A stretch of 64,000 nt of DNA from positions 4,411-68,410 of the forward strand of contig JAAYQR010000028.1 in NCBI GenBank assembly GCA_012519205.1, in the 5' to 3' direction. Source of the stretch: Candidatus Epulonipiscium sp. (GTDB taxonomy: Bacteria; Bacillota; Clostridia; Lachnospirales; Defluviitaleaceae). The notes below the pieces were generated by a model, which ran no database searches, was not told where the DNA came from, and saw only the letters and a list, made by a program, of their open reading frames with translations. Position numbers and translations under genes: made by a program. This document shows positions 50,541 to 60,238 of this stretch, in pieces (positions within the stretch are counted from its first letter, which is position 1; each line of letters begins with the position of its first letter).

Positions 50541-51674
50541 ATGAAAGTTGTAATAGCAATTGATTCACTAAAAGGAAGCCTTACTTCCATGGAGGCGGGA
50601 AATGCAATCAAAGAGGGAATATTAAGAGTGTCTAATGCTAATATTATTGTAAAACCTTTAGCTGATGGAGGAGAAGGAACTGTCGATACTCTTATAGAGG
50701 GCTTAGGATGCAAGAAAATTTATGTAGATGTAACCGGACCCTTAAATCAAAGAGTAACCGCTTATTATGGATATCAGGAAAAAAGTAACACAGCTATTAT
50801 TGAAATGGCTTCTGCCTCTGGAATAACCCTAATAAAGCCAGATGAAAGAAACCCCATGATTGCTACTACTTATGGGGTAGGTGAAATGATTAAACATGCG
50901 GCAAAAAATGGCTGTCGGCATTTCATTGTGGCTATAGGGGGCAGTGCTACTAATGATGGTGGCATTGGAATGCTACAGGCTCTTGGCTATGAATTTTTTG
51001 GCATTGATAATAAAGCTGTAGGGCAAGGCGGACAAGCCCTAGAAAAAATTAAATCAATTTCGGATAATAATAAGTTGGATTTACTTAAGGAATGTAGTTT
51101 TAAAGTGGCATGTGATGTGACTAACCCCCTTTGTGGCATCAATGGGGCTACTTATATATACGGCCCCCAAAAAGGGGTTACCGATGATATTAAGGATTCG
51201 CTAGATGCCGGTATGAAAAACTATGCAAAGATTACCAAATCTTTTAATGGTACTGATTATAAAAACTTTCCCGGTGCTGGTGCTGCAGGTGGCCTAGGAT
51301 TTGCATTTTTAAGCTTTTTGAATGCTGAGTTAGAACTCGGAATTGAACTGATATTAAATGCGGTTCAGCTAGAAAAAGATATCCTTGATGCTGACTATGT
51401 AATAACAGGTGAAGGAAAACTCGATTATCAAACTTCAATGGGTAAAGCCCCTATCGGAGTGGCTAAACTAGCTAAAAAACATGGAGTAAAGGTTATTGCC
51501 CTAACAGGAAGTATAGGTAAAGACGCATCTAAATGCAATGAGGCAGGAATAGATGCTTATTTTTCTATCATCAATTCAATTATAAGCTTAGAGTATGCTA
51601 TGGATAAAAAAATTGCTATAAAAAATATGACTGAAACCGCTGAGCAGGTCTTTCGTCTTATCTCATCCGTCTAA
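50541..51674 (+). CDS. Glycerate kinase (GlxK/GarK family)
   Basis: MKVVIAIDSLKGSL, LADGGEGT, GGSATNDGG, GAGAAGG, ITGEG. Confidence 0.92.
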   Translation: MKVVIAIDSLKGSLTSMEAGNAIKEGILRVSNANIIVKPLADGGEGTVDTLIEGLGCKKIYVDVTGPLNQRVTAYYGYQEKSNTAIIEMASASGITLIKPDERNPMIATTYGVGEMIKHAAKNGCRHFIVAIGGSATNDGGIGMLQALGYEFFGIDNKAVGQGGQALEKIKSISDNNKLDLLKECSFKVACDVTNPLCGINGATYIYGPQKGVTDDIKDSLDAGMKNYAKITKSFNGTDYKNFPGAGAAGGLGFAFLSFLNAELELGIELILNAVQLEKDILDADYVITGEGKLDYQTSMGKAPIGVAKLAKKHGVKVIALTGSIGKDASKCNEAGIDAYFSIINSIISLEYAMDKKIAIKNMTETAEQVFRLISSV

Positions 51675-51697
51675 ATCCCCTCTTTGTTATAGATATT

Positions 51698-51729
51698 AAA
51701 AAAGATACTAGCACGCTAGTATCTTTTTT
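51698..51729. terminator. Bidirectional terminator
   Basis: AAAAAAGATACTAGC-AC-GCTAGTATCTTTTTT. Confidence 0.8.
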
Positions 51730-51910
51730 AATTATGATTTAGATTTTCCCCTCTTAAATCCATTGTATCATTTTTTTCCCCTTTTGGAATTCTTCCTTCT
51801 GATTCTAGTCTGATTTTTTCTACTTTTTGCAAGTGACTAAAGTAAATATTAGTGACAGAAATAATTGTAATACATATGGCAATAACTATCCCCAAAATAA
51901 CCTCTGGCAT
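51728..51910 (-). CDS. Small single-TM hypothetical protein
   Basis: Strong AAGGAGG RBS, N-terminal hydrophobic helix, ends at the terminator. Confidence 0.65.
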   Translation of the reverse strand: MPEVILGIVIAICITIISVTNIYFSHLQKVEKIRLESEGRIPKGEKNDTMDLRGENLNHN

Positions 51911-52000
51911 TACTGATTTTCCTCCTTAGATTAATATTTATAAATACTATAATCTATTATACGAGGAAAACAACCCAAAGTCTGCTATCTTTTATAATAA

Positions 52001-53359
52001 TTAATTTACTAATATCAATTTATGATTCTCATCTAATTTTCTCATTTCCTTCCAAATAAATAATCCCGTAATTACTGTAGATAAACCATCTGCTATAGGT
52101 CCTGCCATCCAAACACCTGATAACTCAAATGCCATGGGGAGAAGCAATAACAAAGGAATTAATAAAATTACCTGTCGCAGCAAACTTAATACTATAGATA
52201 TTTTTGCTTTTCCTACTGCTTGGAAATAGTTTGAGCTTACAATTTGAAAACCTATTAAAGGCATCATGCTTAAGAATATACGAATGCCACTACTACCTAT
52301 TCGAATTAGTTCTGGTGAATCGTTAAAAATCCGAATAACAGCTTCTGGATATACTTCCACTACAATAAAACCTAAGGTAGAGATAACTGTAGCCGCTACA
52401 ACTGCCAGTTTTAATGCCTGTTTTACCCTATCGTATTGTTTTGCCCCATAATTGTATCCGATTATAGGTTGTACTCCTTGATTAATACCAAAAATAGGCA
52501 TAAAGAATATCATAGCTACGCTAGATATAATACTCATAGCGCCGATGGCCAAATCTCCCCCATAATCCCTTAGGGCATTATTAGATATGGTGGTAACTAC
52601 ACTGGCAGCCAATTGCATGGCAAAAGGAGACATTCCAATGGAAAATATTTCTATAATCACATTTCTTGATAACTTCATATTTCTAATATGAAAATTTAAG
52701 TGACTGTGTTTACTTTGTAGAAATGCAAGTACATATACAGCACTAATAGCCTGTGAGATTATGGTCGCATAAGCTGCACCCTTAATCCCCATGGCAAAAA
52801 CAAAAATAAATATCGGGTCCAAAATAGTATTGGTTAATGCACCTATTAGCATAGATGCCATAGCCGCCCTTGGATGGCCTTGGGCACGAATCATATGATT
52901 CATGGCAAATCCTATGGTATTACCTAAGGAACCATATAAGATGATAGTAATATAATCCCTAGCATATGCATAGGTGTTTTCACTGGCTCCAAATATCCTA
53001 AGTAAAGGGTCCCTGTATATAAGGCCTAATATAGTAACAAGAACTGTGACGATAATCATTAATATAAAAGAATTTCCTAGTATGCGTTCGGCATCCTCTT
53101 TTCTATCCTGCCCTAACCTGATAGAAATAAGGGAAGCCCCACCAATACCTACTAGCATAGAAAAAGCTAAAAGGATTGTCATAAAAGGAAAGGCCACTCC
53201 TATCCCCGTAAGGGCCAGTTCATTTACTCCCTTTCCTACAAATATCCTATCCACTATATTATATAATGCATTTACAAGCATTCCCACTATTGCCGGTATA
53301 GAAAACTTAAGAAGTAACCGACCTATTCCTTCATTTTTCAATTGTTCTTGCGTAGTCAT
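52001..53359 (-). CDS. MATE family efflux transporter (MepA-like)
   Basis: FSIPAIVGM..ALYNIVDRIFVG, ILDPIFIF, GAAYAT, GYNYGAK. Confidence 0.93.
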   Translation of the reverse strand: MTTQEQLKNEGIGRLLLKFSIPAIVGMLVNALYNIVDRIFVGKGVNELALTGIGVAFPFMTILLAFSMLVGIGGASLISIRLGQDRKEDAERILGNSFILMIIVTVLVTILGLIYRDPLLRIFGASENTYAYARDYITIILYGSLGNTIGFAMNHMIRAQGHPRAAMASMLIGALTNTILDPIFIFVFAMGIKGAAYATIISQAISAVYVLAFLQSKHSHLNFHIRNMKLSRNVIIEIFSIGMSPFAMQLAASVVTTISNNALRDYGGDLAIGAMSIISSVAMIFFMPIFGINQGVQPIIGYNYGAKQYDRVKQALKLAVVAATVISTLGFIVVEVYPEAVIRIFNDSPELIRIGSSGIRIFLSMMPLIGFQIVSSNYFQAVGKAKISIVLSLLRQVILLIPLLLLLPMAFELSGVWMAGPIADGLSTVITGLFIWKEMRKLDENHKLILVN

Positions 53360-53802
53360 TACTTTTCCTCCCTATTGTAGTATTGATGTATATTTTTTGT
53401 CATGGCCTCTAGGAGGTTTATTGACTTTTGTTTATCCTCTTCTGAAAAACCATCCACTAATATATCAGTCCAATTTCTTAGTATTTTAAAAATATCTCCT
53501 TTTATACTTAAAGCTCTATCAGTTAAAAAAACTAATTGGGCTCTCCTGTCATTAGAATCTATTTTTCTATAAACATATCCCTCTTCTTCAAGCTTTTTGA
53601 TTGCCCTTGCCGTTGTTCCTTTATCAATATCTAGCAAATATGATATTTCTTCTTGGCGTATTCCATCTTGTTGATAGAGGATATTTAAAAATATAAATTG
53701 CCCACTTCCAATACCAAAAGCTTCAAGCTTTCTGTTTATATAACATTGGGCTTGTCTATATATTATTGATATATATCTCCCAATGGACCTTGAATGCTGC
53801 AT
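53359..53802 (-). CDS. MarR family regulator
   Basis: QEEI..DKGTTARAIKKLEEEGYV...DRRA. Start at 53802 after GAGGAG. Confidence 0.9.
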   Translation of the reverse strand: MQHSRSIGRYISIIYRQAQCYINRKLEAFGIGSGQFIFLNILYQQDGIRQEEISYLLDIDKGTTARAIKKLEEEGYVYRKIDSNDRRAQLVFLTDRALSIKGDIFKILRNWTDILVDGFSEEDKQKSINLLEAMTKNIHQYYNREEK

Positions 53803-53819
53803 TATAAAACTCCTCTCAT

Positions 53820-53870
53820 TGGTTGCATCAACAACTATATCATAATAGGGTTTAGTTGTCAATGCAACCA
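53820..53870 (-). promoter_or_regulatory. marR-MATE promoter with two GTTG-N6-CAAC operators
   Basis: TTGACA-17 bp-TATAGT on the minus strand, overlapped by TGGTTGCATCAACAACTA and TAGTTGTCAATGCAACCA. Confidence 0.7.
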
Positions 53871-53906
53871 ATATACAAAAAAATCATAATTTCTTAGAAT
53901 GATTTG

Positions 53907-53970
53907 TTGACAAATGACAATTCCCATAGTATCATTTGATTGTCAACCAATATTTATCAGTGGTTAACAA
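53907..53970 (+). promoter_or_regulatory. bioY promoter with BirA operator
   Basis: TTGACA-17 bp-TATCAT; TGTCAAC-N15-GTTAACA at 53941-53969. Confidence 0.82.
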
Positions 53971-53993
53971 TCAAATAGTAGGAGGTTTTAGTA

Positions 53994-54551
53994 ATGAATA
54001 TGAAAGTTAAGGATATGATTTTAGTTTCACTATTTGCAGCATTAACAGCGATTGGAGCATTTATCAAATTTCCTGTGGGTCCCGCTCCTATGTCACTTCA
54101 GTTTTTATTTACCGCCTTTTCTGCTATACTTCTTGGTTCAAAGCTGGGGGCTCTTTCTCAGCTCATATATTTGATAATAGGCCTTAGCGGAATTCCAATT
54201 TTTACCGGCGGTGGCGGTATAGGTTATATTCTAAATCCCACCTTTGGGTATCTTATCGGATTTGTCATAGGCGCTTTTGTGATAGGAAAAAGTATTGAAA
54301 ATGCAAAGTCAAATTCTTTTATGAGGCTTTTTACTTCATGTTTGATTGGGTTGGGGGTTGTATATCTAATAGGAGTTCCTTATTTGTATTTGATTTTAAA
54401 AAATGTGGTTCAAAAAGACATTACCTTCATAGAGACCCTAAAGTCGGGATTAATAGTCTTTCTCCCTGGGGACTTTATAAAATGTTTCATTACCTCATTT
54501 ATAGGGTTTAAAATAATTCCCATACTAAACAAACTCAAGGCTAATAAATAA
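53994..54551 (+). CDS. bioY: Biotin ECF S component BioY
   Basis: P.SLQ, GIPIFTGGGG...PTFGYLIGF, FLPGD.IK; BirA site upstream. Confidence 0.93.
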   Translation: MNMKVKDMILVSLFAALTAIGAFIKFPVGPAPMSLQFLFTAFSAILLGSKLGALSQLIYLIIGLSGIPIFTGGGGIGYILNPTFGYLIGFVIGAFVIGKSIENAKSNSFMRLFTSCLIGLGVVYLIGVPYLYLILKNVVQKDITFIETLKSGLIVFLPGDFIKCFITSFIGFKIIPILNKLKANK

Positions 54552-54626
54552 ATATATTGATTTACTAATGACATATTTTATTCTTCCTTGTATAATTCTA
54601 ATAGAAACTTACAAAGGAGAAATGTT

Positions 54627-55304
54627 GTGAATAATAAACGTATTTGGGAAATTGACTTTCTTAGGGGAATTGCACTTATTCTTATGATGATATTTCATCT
54701 TCTATATGACCTTAATGACTTTTTTAACATCCCTATCCCCTCTTGGAATGGATTTTGGTACTATGAAGGAAAGGTTTCTGCTATTTTATTTATGCTTTTG
54801 GCTGGGATTAGCAGTACTTTTAGTAAAAATAATTTCAAAAGAGGTTTAAGAGTTTTTATTATTGGAATGGGGTTAACTATTGTCACATATCTAATAATGC
54901 CATCGGAATATATCCGCTTTGGAATTCTTCATTTGATGGGTGTTGGTATGATTATATATCATTTTATTAGGGTTATACCCATTATACATACTTCTATTTT
55001 ATCTATCTTCATCATTATTTTAGGATATATATTTAGTAACATTAATATGTCTACATGGCTTCTTATACCCTTGGGAATTACAGATAGAAACTTTGTATCT
55101 ATGGATTATTATCCCCTTTTCCCTTGGCTTGCTGTATTTTTAACCGGAAGCATAACCGGTAGAATTTTATACAAAGAAAAAAGGAGCATCCTCCAGAAGA
55201 CTTATGGCAATGACCCTGTCACATTTCTTGGAAGACACTCCCTTATGGTTTATCTTATTCATCAACCGGTAATTTTATTAATCCTCTATTTGATTTTTAT
55301 ATAG
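54627..55304 (+). CDS. DUF1624 / heparan-alpha-glucosaminide N-acetyltransferase-like membrane protein
   Basis: RIWEIDFLRG, IRFGILH, DYYPLFPW, LGRHSL..YLIHQP. GTG start after AAGGAG. Confidence 0.82.
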   Translation: MNNKRIWEIDFLRGIALILMMIFHLLYDLNDFFNIPIPSWNGFWYYEGKVSAILFMLLAGISSTFSKNNFKRGLRVFIIGMGLTIVTYLIMPSEYIRFGILHLMGVGMIIYHFIRVIPIIHTSILSIFIIILGYIFSNINMSTWLLIPLGITDRNFVSMDYYPLFPWLAVFLTGSITGRILYKEKRSILQKTYGNDPVTFLGRHSLMVYLIHQPVILLILYLIFI

Positions 55305-56070
55305 GTATCATATGAGGTTTGCCTGTTACCGGATTTTTCATCATATATACTTCCATGTCATATACGTTTTTTATATTTTCTTTCGTCAATACTTCTTCCA
55401 CTGAACCCAGGGCCGAAATTTTTCCTTGGCTTAACAAAATAAGTTCATCACTGAATCTAGCTGCTAGATTTAAATCATGAAGTACGGCTATAACCGTAAG
55501 ACCCTTTTGCGTGTTCAAGCCTTTTATACTATCTAATAATTTAATCTGGTGATGAATATCTAAATGGGCTATGGGTTCATCCAAAAGTAGAACATCCGAT
55601 TCTTGGGTTAGAGCCCTAGCTACGATAACCCTTTGTCTTTCCCCACCACTTAAATTGTTAATATTTTCATGTCTCATTTGCCAAGTATTGGTTGTCATCA
55701 TAGATTCCCTTGCTATGGCGGCATCTTTATCCTTTTCCATTTCAAATCTTTTAAGGTGGGGGGTTCTTCCCATCATTACTATGGCCTCTGCTGAAAAATC
55801 AAAATTTATTTCTGTATTTTGGGGTACCGATGCTAACTTTCTTGCCAACTCTTTGCCTTTAAAGTCTAGAATATCTTTATCTTCAATCCATATAGTATCC
55901 TTTTGGGGCTCTAGTATTTTTGTTATACTCTTAAGAAGTGTTGTCTTTCCCGAACCATTAGGCCCTATTATACTATAGAATTTTCCCCTTTCCATTTCTA
56001 AATCTATGTTATCTAAGATTAGTCTTTCCCCATATTTCCAGTGAAGAGCCTTAATTTTTATGATTTTCAT
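55297..56070 (-). CDS. Cobalamin/iron-chelate ABC transporter ATPase (BtuD-like)
   Basis: GPNGSGKT, LSGGERQR, LLLDEP, HDLNLA. Confidence 0.9.
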   Translation of the reverse strand: MKIIKIKALHWKYGERLILDNIDLEMERGKFYSIIGPNGSGKTTLLKSITKILEPQKDTIWIEDKDILDFKGKELARKLASVPQNTEINFDFSAEAIVMMGRTPHLKRFEMEKDKDAAIARESMMTTNTWQMRHENINNLSGGERQRVIVARALTQESDVLLLDEPIAHLDIHHQIKLLDSIKGLNTQKGLTVIAVLHDLNLAARFSDELILLSQGKISALGSVEEVLTKENIKNVYDMEVYMMKNPVTGKPHMIPI

Positions 56071-57119
56071 AGTGCCACCTTCTTATGTTTGTATAGAAGA
56101 TAAATAAAATAGGGCGCCCCGAAAAGGGCAGTCACCGCCCCCACAGGGATTTCTGAAGGAGCAATAAGGGTCCTTGATAGGGTATCACAAATAATTAGAA
56201 ATATACTCCCCCCCAAAGCGGAAAAAGGGATAAGTACCCTATTATCGGCTCCAATCAACATACGCATAATATGAGGAATGACAAGTCCAACAAAACCTAT
56301 CAGCCCACTTACTGATACAACTGCTCCAATAAGGATGGAACAAATAATAATTAAAATCTTTTTGACTTTTTCTATTTCTATCCCAAGGGTCTTTGCGGTT
56401 TCATCTCCCATTAATAAAACATTTAAATCTCTCGAAAATACCCACAACAAAATATTCCCTAAAACAACAAAGGGGGTCAAGAATACAACCTGTCTCCAGC
56501 TAGCTGTTGAAACACTTCCCATTACCCAAAAAATTATCTTTTCTATTTGATTTCTATTAAAAATCATAAGAATTGACATAATCGATGACCATAATTGACT
56601 TATTGCTATTCCAGAAAGTAAAAGAGTTATGGTTGGAAGTCTTGCTCCTGTTTTTGCAATCTTGTATACCATTATCACTGTAAGAAAAGCCCCAAAAAAT
56701 GCCCCAAGACTTATAAATCCAAATCCCAGTACTGTGCTATTAAGCCCTAAAACAATAGCTATTGTAGCTCCAAGCCCCGCTCCAGATGAAATCCCGATAA
56801 CATATGGATCTGCCATGGGATTTTTAAATATACCTTGAAAAGCTGCCCCAACCACCGAGAGTCCCATTCCCACTAGACCTGCTAGTATAATCCTAGGAAG
56901 TCTAATGTTTAATATAATAGTTTCATGGGATTCTATAATTTCACCATGGGGTAGTATGTCTTTTATAAATGGCAGTCTTCGAAACAAAACCATACTAAAC
57001 TGTCTAAGAGATATATCCGCACTCCCAAAGGTAGATGAAATAAAAATAACAGAAAATAAAATCCCTAGACCTATTATAAACAATATATAAAAATATCTTT
57101 TTTTCCTTAAGTAACCCAT
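56067..57119 (-). CDS. Cobalamin ABC transporter permease (BtuC/FecCD family)
   Basis: IRLPR, FKNPMADP..GISSGA, GFVGLVIPH, GAPYF. Confidence 0.9.
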   Translation of the reverse strand: MGYLRKKRYFYILFIIGLGILFSVIFISSTFGSADISLRQFSMVLFRRLPFIKDILPHGEIIESHETIILNIRLPRIILAGLVGMGLSVVGAAFQGIFKNPMADPYVIGISSGAGLGATIAIVLGLNSTVLGFGFISLGAFFGAFLTVIMVYKIAKTGARLPTITLLLSGIAISQLWSSIMSILMIFNRNQIEKIIFWVMGSVSTASWRQVVFLTPFVVLGNILLWVFSRDLNVLLMGDETAKTLGIEIEKVKKILIIICSILIGAVVSVSGLIGFVGLVIPHIMRMLIGADNRVLIPFSALGGSIFLIICDTLSRTLIAPSEIPVGAVTALFGAPYFIYLLYKHKKVAL

Positions 57120-57145
57120 AAACTTCCTCTTTTCGCTAATAACCC

Positions 57146-58090
57146 TTAATTAAATAACTCCGGATGGATAAGTTTTGCCAGTTCTTCTAACCCCTGTGCC
57201 ACCCTAGGCCCTTGTCTATCCAGTAGATTATTATCGATTTCTAATAATCTGTCCCCTTTAACTGCTGATAAATCTTTATAACCTTGGGCATTTTCTATAC
57301 CCGATTTGGCATCATAGTATTTAGAACAAATTAGTATATCAGGATTTTGTTCAACTATCTTCTCTAAACTATACTGCCAACCTTCCAAATCTCTTGCAGC
57401 ATTTTCGCCCCCCGCCATCTCTATCATTTTTCCTATGAAAGTATCCCCCCCAGCGGTATAATCCCCCGCTTCTCCAAAACCTACTACATAGTATATAGAG
57501 GGCTTAGGTTCATCCTTTACTTTATCTATTACATTTTGAACTTTATCTTTCATATCTGTAACCATAGCTTCCGCTTTAGGGGAAACATTTAAGATTTGCC
57601 CCATTGTAGTTATGGTATCGTAAATCCCCTCAAAACTTTGATTGCTATCTAAAATAAGCACCTGGATATTTAATTCCTGAAGTTTTGCATCGGCTTCCCT
57701 AGTAAAAATTCTTGAAGCAAGAACGATGTCTGGTTTGAGTTCTGCAATTTTTTCTATACTGGGATTATCTATACCACCAACAGATTCGATATTTTGCACT
57801 TCCTCGGGATAATCACAATAATCTGATTTACCTGTTAGCCTTTGCTGTTCCCCTAGGGCAAATATAATTTCAGTTATATCAGGATTTACCGATATAATTT
57901 TTTGAGGTTCTTTTTCGATAGTTATTTCTCTTCCATGGGCATCCGTAAGAACTATTGGATATAAATTATCCCCTTCTTTATTAACTTCCCCACTGCCCCC
58001 TATCGCTGTATTTTCTTTAGCACATCCTGTAAAAATGGTAGCCGTTCCTAAAATCATAAATATTAATAATATACTTAAATATTTCTTCAT
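57146..58090 (-). CDS. Cobalamin-binding lipoprotein (BtuF-like)
   Basis: Lipobox FTGC, TEIIFALG, YCDYP, RQGPR; B12 riboswitch upstream. Confidence 0.88.
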   Translation of the reverse strand: MKKYLSILLIFMILGTATIFTGCAKENTAIGGSGEVNKEGDNLYPIVLTDAHGREITIEKEPQKIISVNPDITEIIFALGEQQRLTGKSDYCDYPEEVQNIESVGGIDNPSIEKIAELKPDIVLASRIFTREADAKLQELNIQVLILDSNQSFEGIYDTITTMGQILNVSPKAEAMVTDMKDKVQNVIDKVKDEPKPSIYYVVGFGEAGDYTAGGDTFIGKMIEMAGGENAARDLEGWQYSLEKIVEQNPDILICSKYYDAKSGIENAQGYKDLSAVKGDRLLEIDNNLLDRQGPRVAQGLEELAKLIHPELFN

Positions 58091-58142
58091 CTTTTTACTC
58101 CTTTAAAGTAGTTTAGTAAATTTGTTCTTGAATTTTTACAAT

Positions 58143-58165
58143 AAAAAAACACACCGACGGTGTGG
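58143..58165 (-). terminator. Riboswitch-controlled terminator
   Basis: CCACACCGTCGGTGTGTTTTTTT between the aptamer and btuF. Confidence 0.65.
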
Positions 58166-58204
58166 AATTTTCCACCCCTCCCTCCGAGAGTTGAATTAAT
58201 ATCA

Positions 58205-58362
58205 GTTTTGGCAGGTTTCCTGGCTTATGGTTCATCTTACTCTCCAACCTTCTCGGTTTCCCAATGGCATTTTGGATTTCATCACCATTTACAGTAGCGG
58301 GGGCTGCAACGGATTTACACCGTCTTCCCTTTTAACCCATTTTAAAGGGCACCATAAACTTT
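58205..58362 (-). ncRNA. Cobalamin riboswitch
   Basis: Minus strand GGTGCCC...AAAAGGGAAGACGGTGTAAATCCGTTGCAGCCCCCGCTACTGTAA...CATTGGGAAACCGAGAAGG...AGCCAGGAAACCTGCC (B12 box). Confidence 0.93.
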
Positions 58363-58452
58363 TATTATCTTTTAAAATATATTTATTGTAGCACTTCTTA
58401 AATTTTAACGCAAGGTACCTAATGGTAAAAAAAATAGGAATGCAAAGCATTC

Positions 58453-60126
58453 CTATTGTAGTTCCTCTGTGATTACATCTTCTATAGCCTTACCCGGCGG
58501 TACCATCGGTAGCACTTTTTCATCTATATCTACATGGCAATCTAATATAACCGGTGCTTTTAAGGAGAGAGCTTCCCCTAATGCAATATCTAGCTCTTCC
58601 TCAGTAGTGATTTTGTATCCCTTGGCCCCGTAGGCCTCAGCTAATTTTACAAAATCAGGACCTCTATCTAAGGTTGTAGCAGAATGTCTGCCTCCATAAA
58701 ACATGGTCTGCCATTGTCTAACCATACCTAAGGTTCCATTATTAATAACTACTATAATAATCGGGATATTATAAGCGTTGATAGTTGCTAATTCATTGCA
58801 GTTCATTCTAAAACTTCCATCTCCTGCAATATGAACAACTTGTTTTTCAGGCATTCCGATTTGAGCTCCTATAGCCGCCCCTGTACCATATCCCATAGTT
58901 CCAAGTCCTCCCGATGTTATATAAGTACGGGGTGTAGTAAATTTATAATATTGAGCTGCCCACATTTGGTGCTGTCCAACTTCTGTTGTGATTATGGCTC
59001 CACCCTGTGTCTTTTCATAAATCTTCTCTATAACTTGTTGAGGCATTAGACTACCGTTTTTATTATAACCTACAGGATATTCTTTCATTAAATCGTCTAT
59101 CCTTTCGTTCCATTTGCCCCTTGTCTTGCCTTCTAACTGTGTATTTAGCAGTTTTAAAACTTCTTTTAGGTCACCTATTATATGGCGATGGGTATGAATA
59201 TTCTTATTTATTTCTGCAGGGTCAATATCTATATGAAGTACCTTGGCATCCGGTGCAAATCTCTCTAGTTTACTAACAACCCTATCGCTAAAACGAGCGC
59301 CGATGGCAATAAGCAAGTCACATTCTGTAGCTGCTATATTTGATGCCTTTGTTCCATGCATTCCAATCATACCTGTATAAAGCCCGTGGGTTGCTGGGAA
59401 TGCTCCTTGTCCCATTAGGCTGCAAGCCACAGGAGCGTTGATTTTTTCTGCAAAGTCTACCAATTCGCTAGAAGCATTGGCGTATCCTACTCCCCCACCT
59501 GCATATACAAAGGGTCTTTTTGAGTTATTGATTAATTCAAGCGCTCTATTTATATCTTTTTCCCTAATATATTCCGTATTTGTGGGAATAGGTTTCGGCT
59601 CTTGGTATTTATAGTTTGTATAAGCCGCAGTTATATCCTTTGGAATATCTATAAGAACTGGACCCGGACGTCCTTCCTTTGCTATATAAAATGCCTTTCT
59701 TATGGTATCTGCTAATTCGTTTACATCTTTTACAATAAAATTATGTTTTGTAATAGGCATGGTTATTCCGCAAATATCCACCTCTTGAAAACTATCTTTT
59801 CCCAAGAGAGAAATGGGTACATTCCCAGTTATGGCTACCATAGGAACCGAATCCATATAAGCAGTTGCTATGCCTGTTACTAGATTGGTTGCTCCGGGGC
59901 CAGAAGTCGCTATACACACTCCTACTTTTCCTGTAACCCTTGCATAGCCATCGGCTGCATGGGATGCCCCCTGCTCATGGGCGGTTAATATATGTCTTAT
60001 TTCATTTTGATGTTTATATAACTCGTCGTATATGTTTAAAACAGCCCCTCCAGGGTATCCAAAAACCGTGTCGACTCCTTGTTCTTTTAAACATTCTATT
60101 AAAATCTGTGAACCCGTCAGCTGCAT
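58453..60126 (-). CDS. ilvB: Acetolactate synthase large subunit
   Basis: FGYPGGA, HEQGA, TSGPGATN, VGQHQMW, GDGSF. Confidence 0.95.
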   Translation of the reverse strand: MQLTGSQILIECLKEQGVDTVFGYPGGAVLNIYDELYKHQNEIRHILTAHEQGASHAADGYARVTGKVGVCIATSGPGATNLVTGIATAYMDSVPMVAITGNVPISLLGKDSFQEVDICGITMPITKHNFIVKDVNELADTIRKAFYIAKEGRPGPVLIDIPKDITAAYTNYKYQEPKPIPTNTEYIREKDINRALELINNSKRPFVYAGGGVGYANASSELVDFAEKINAPVACSLMGQGAFPATHGLYTGMIGMHGTKASNIAATECDLLIAIGARFSDRVVSKLERFAPDAKVLHIDIDPAEINKNIHTHRHIIGDLKEVLKLLNTQLEGKTRGKWNERIDDLMKEYPVGYNKNGSLMPQQVIEKIYEKTQGGAIITTEVGQHQMWAAQYYKFTTPRTYITSGGLGTMGYGTGAAIGAQIGMPEKQVVHIAGDGSFRMNCNELATINAYNIPIIIVVINNGTLGMVRQWQTMFYGGRHSATTLDRGPDFVKLAEAYGAKGYKITTEEELDIALGEALSLKAPVILDCHVDIDEKVLPMVPPGKAIEDVITEELQ

Positions 60127-60238
60127 AAGTTTCCTCCTTCTTTTATAAGAAAAGCGGCTATCGCCGCATTATCTTATATATAAATTTACTATGTTTATAC
60201 TTTGTGGGCAGGTTTTTACACCTACCCTAGCAAAGTAA

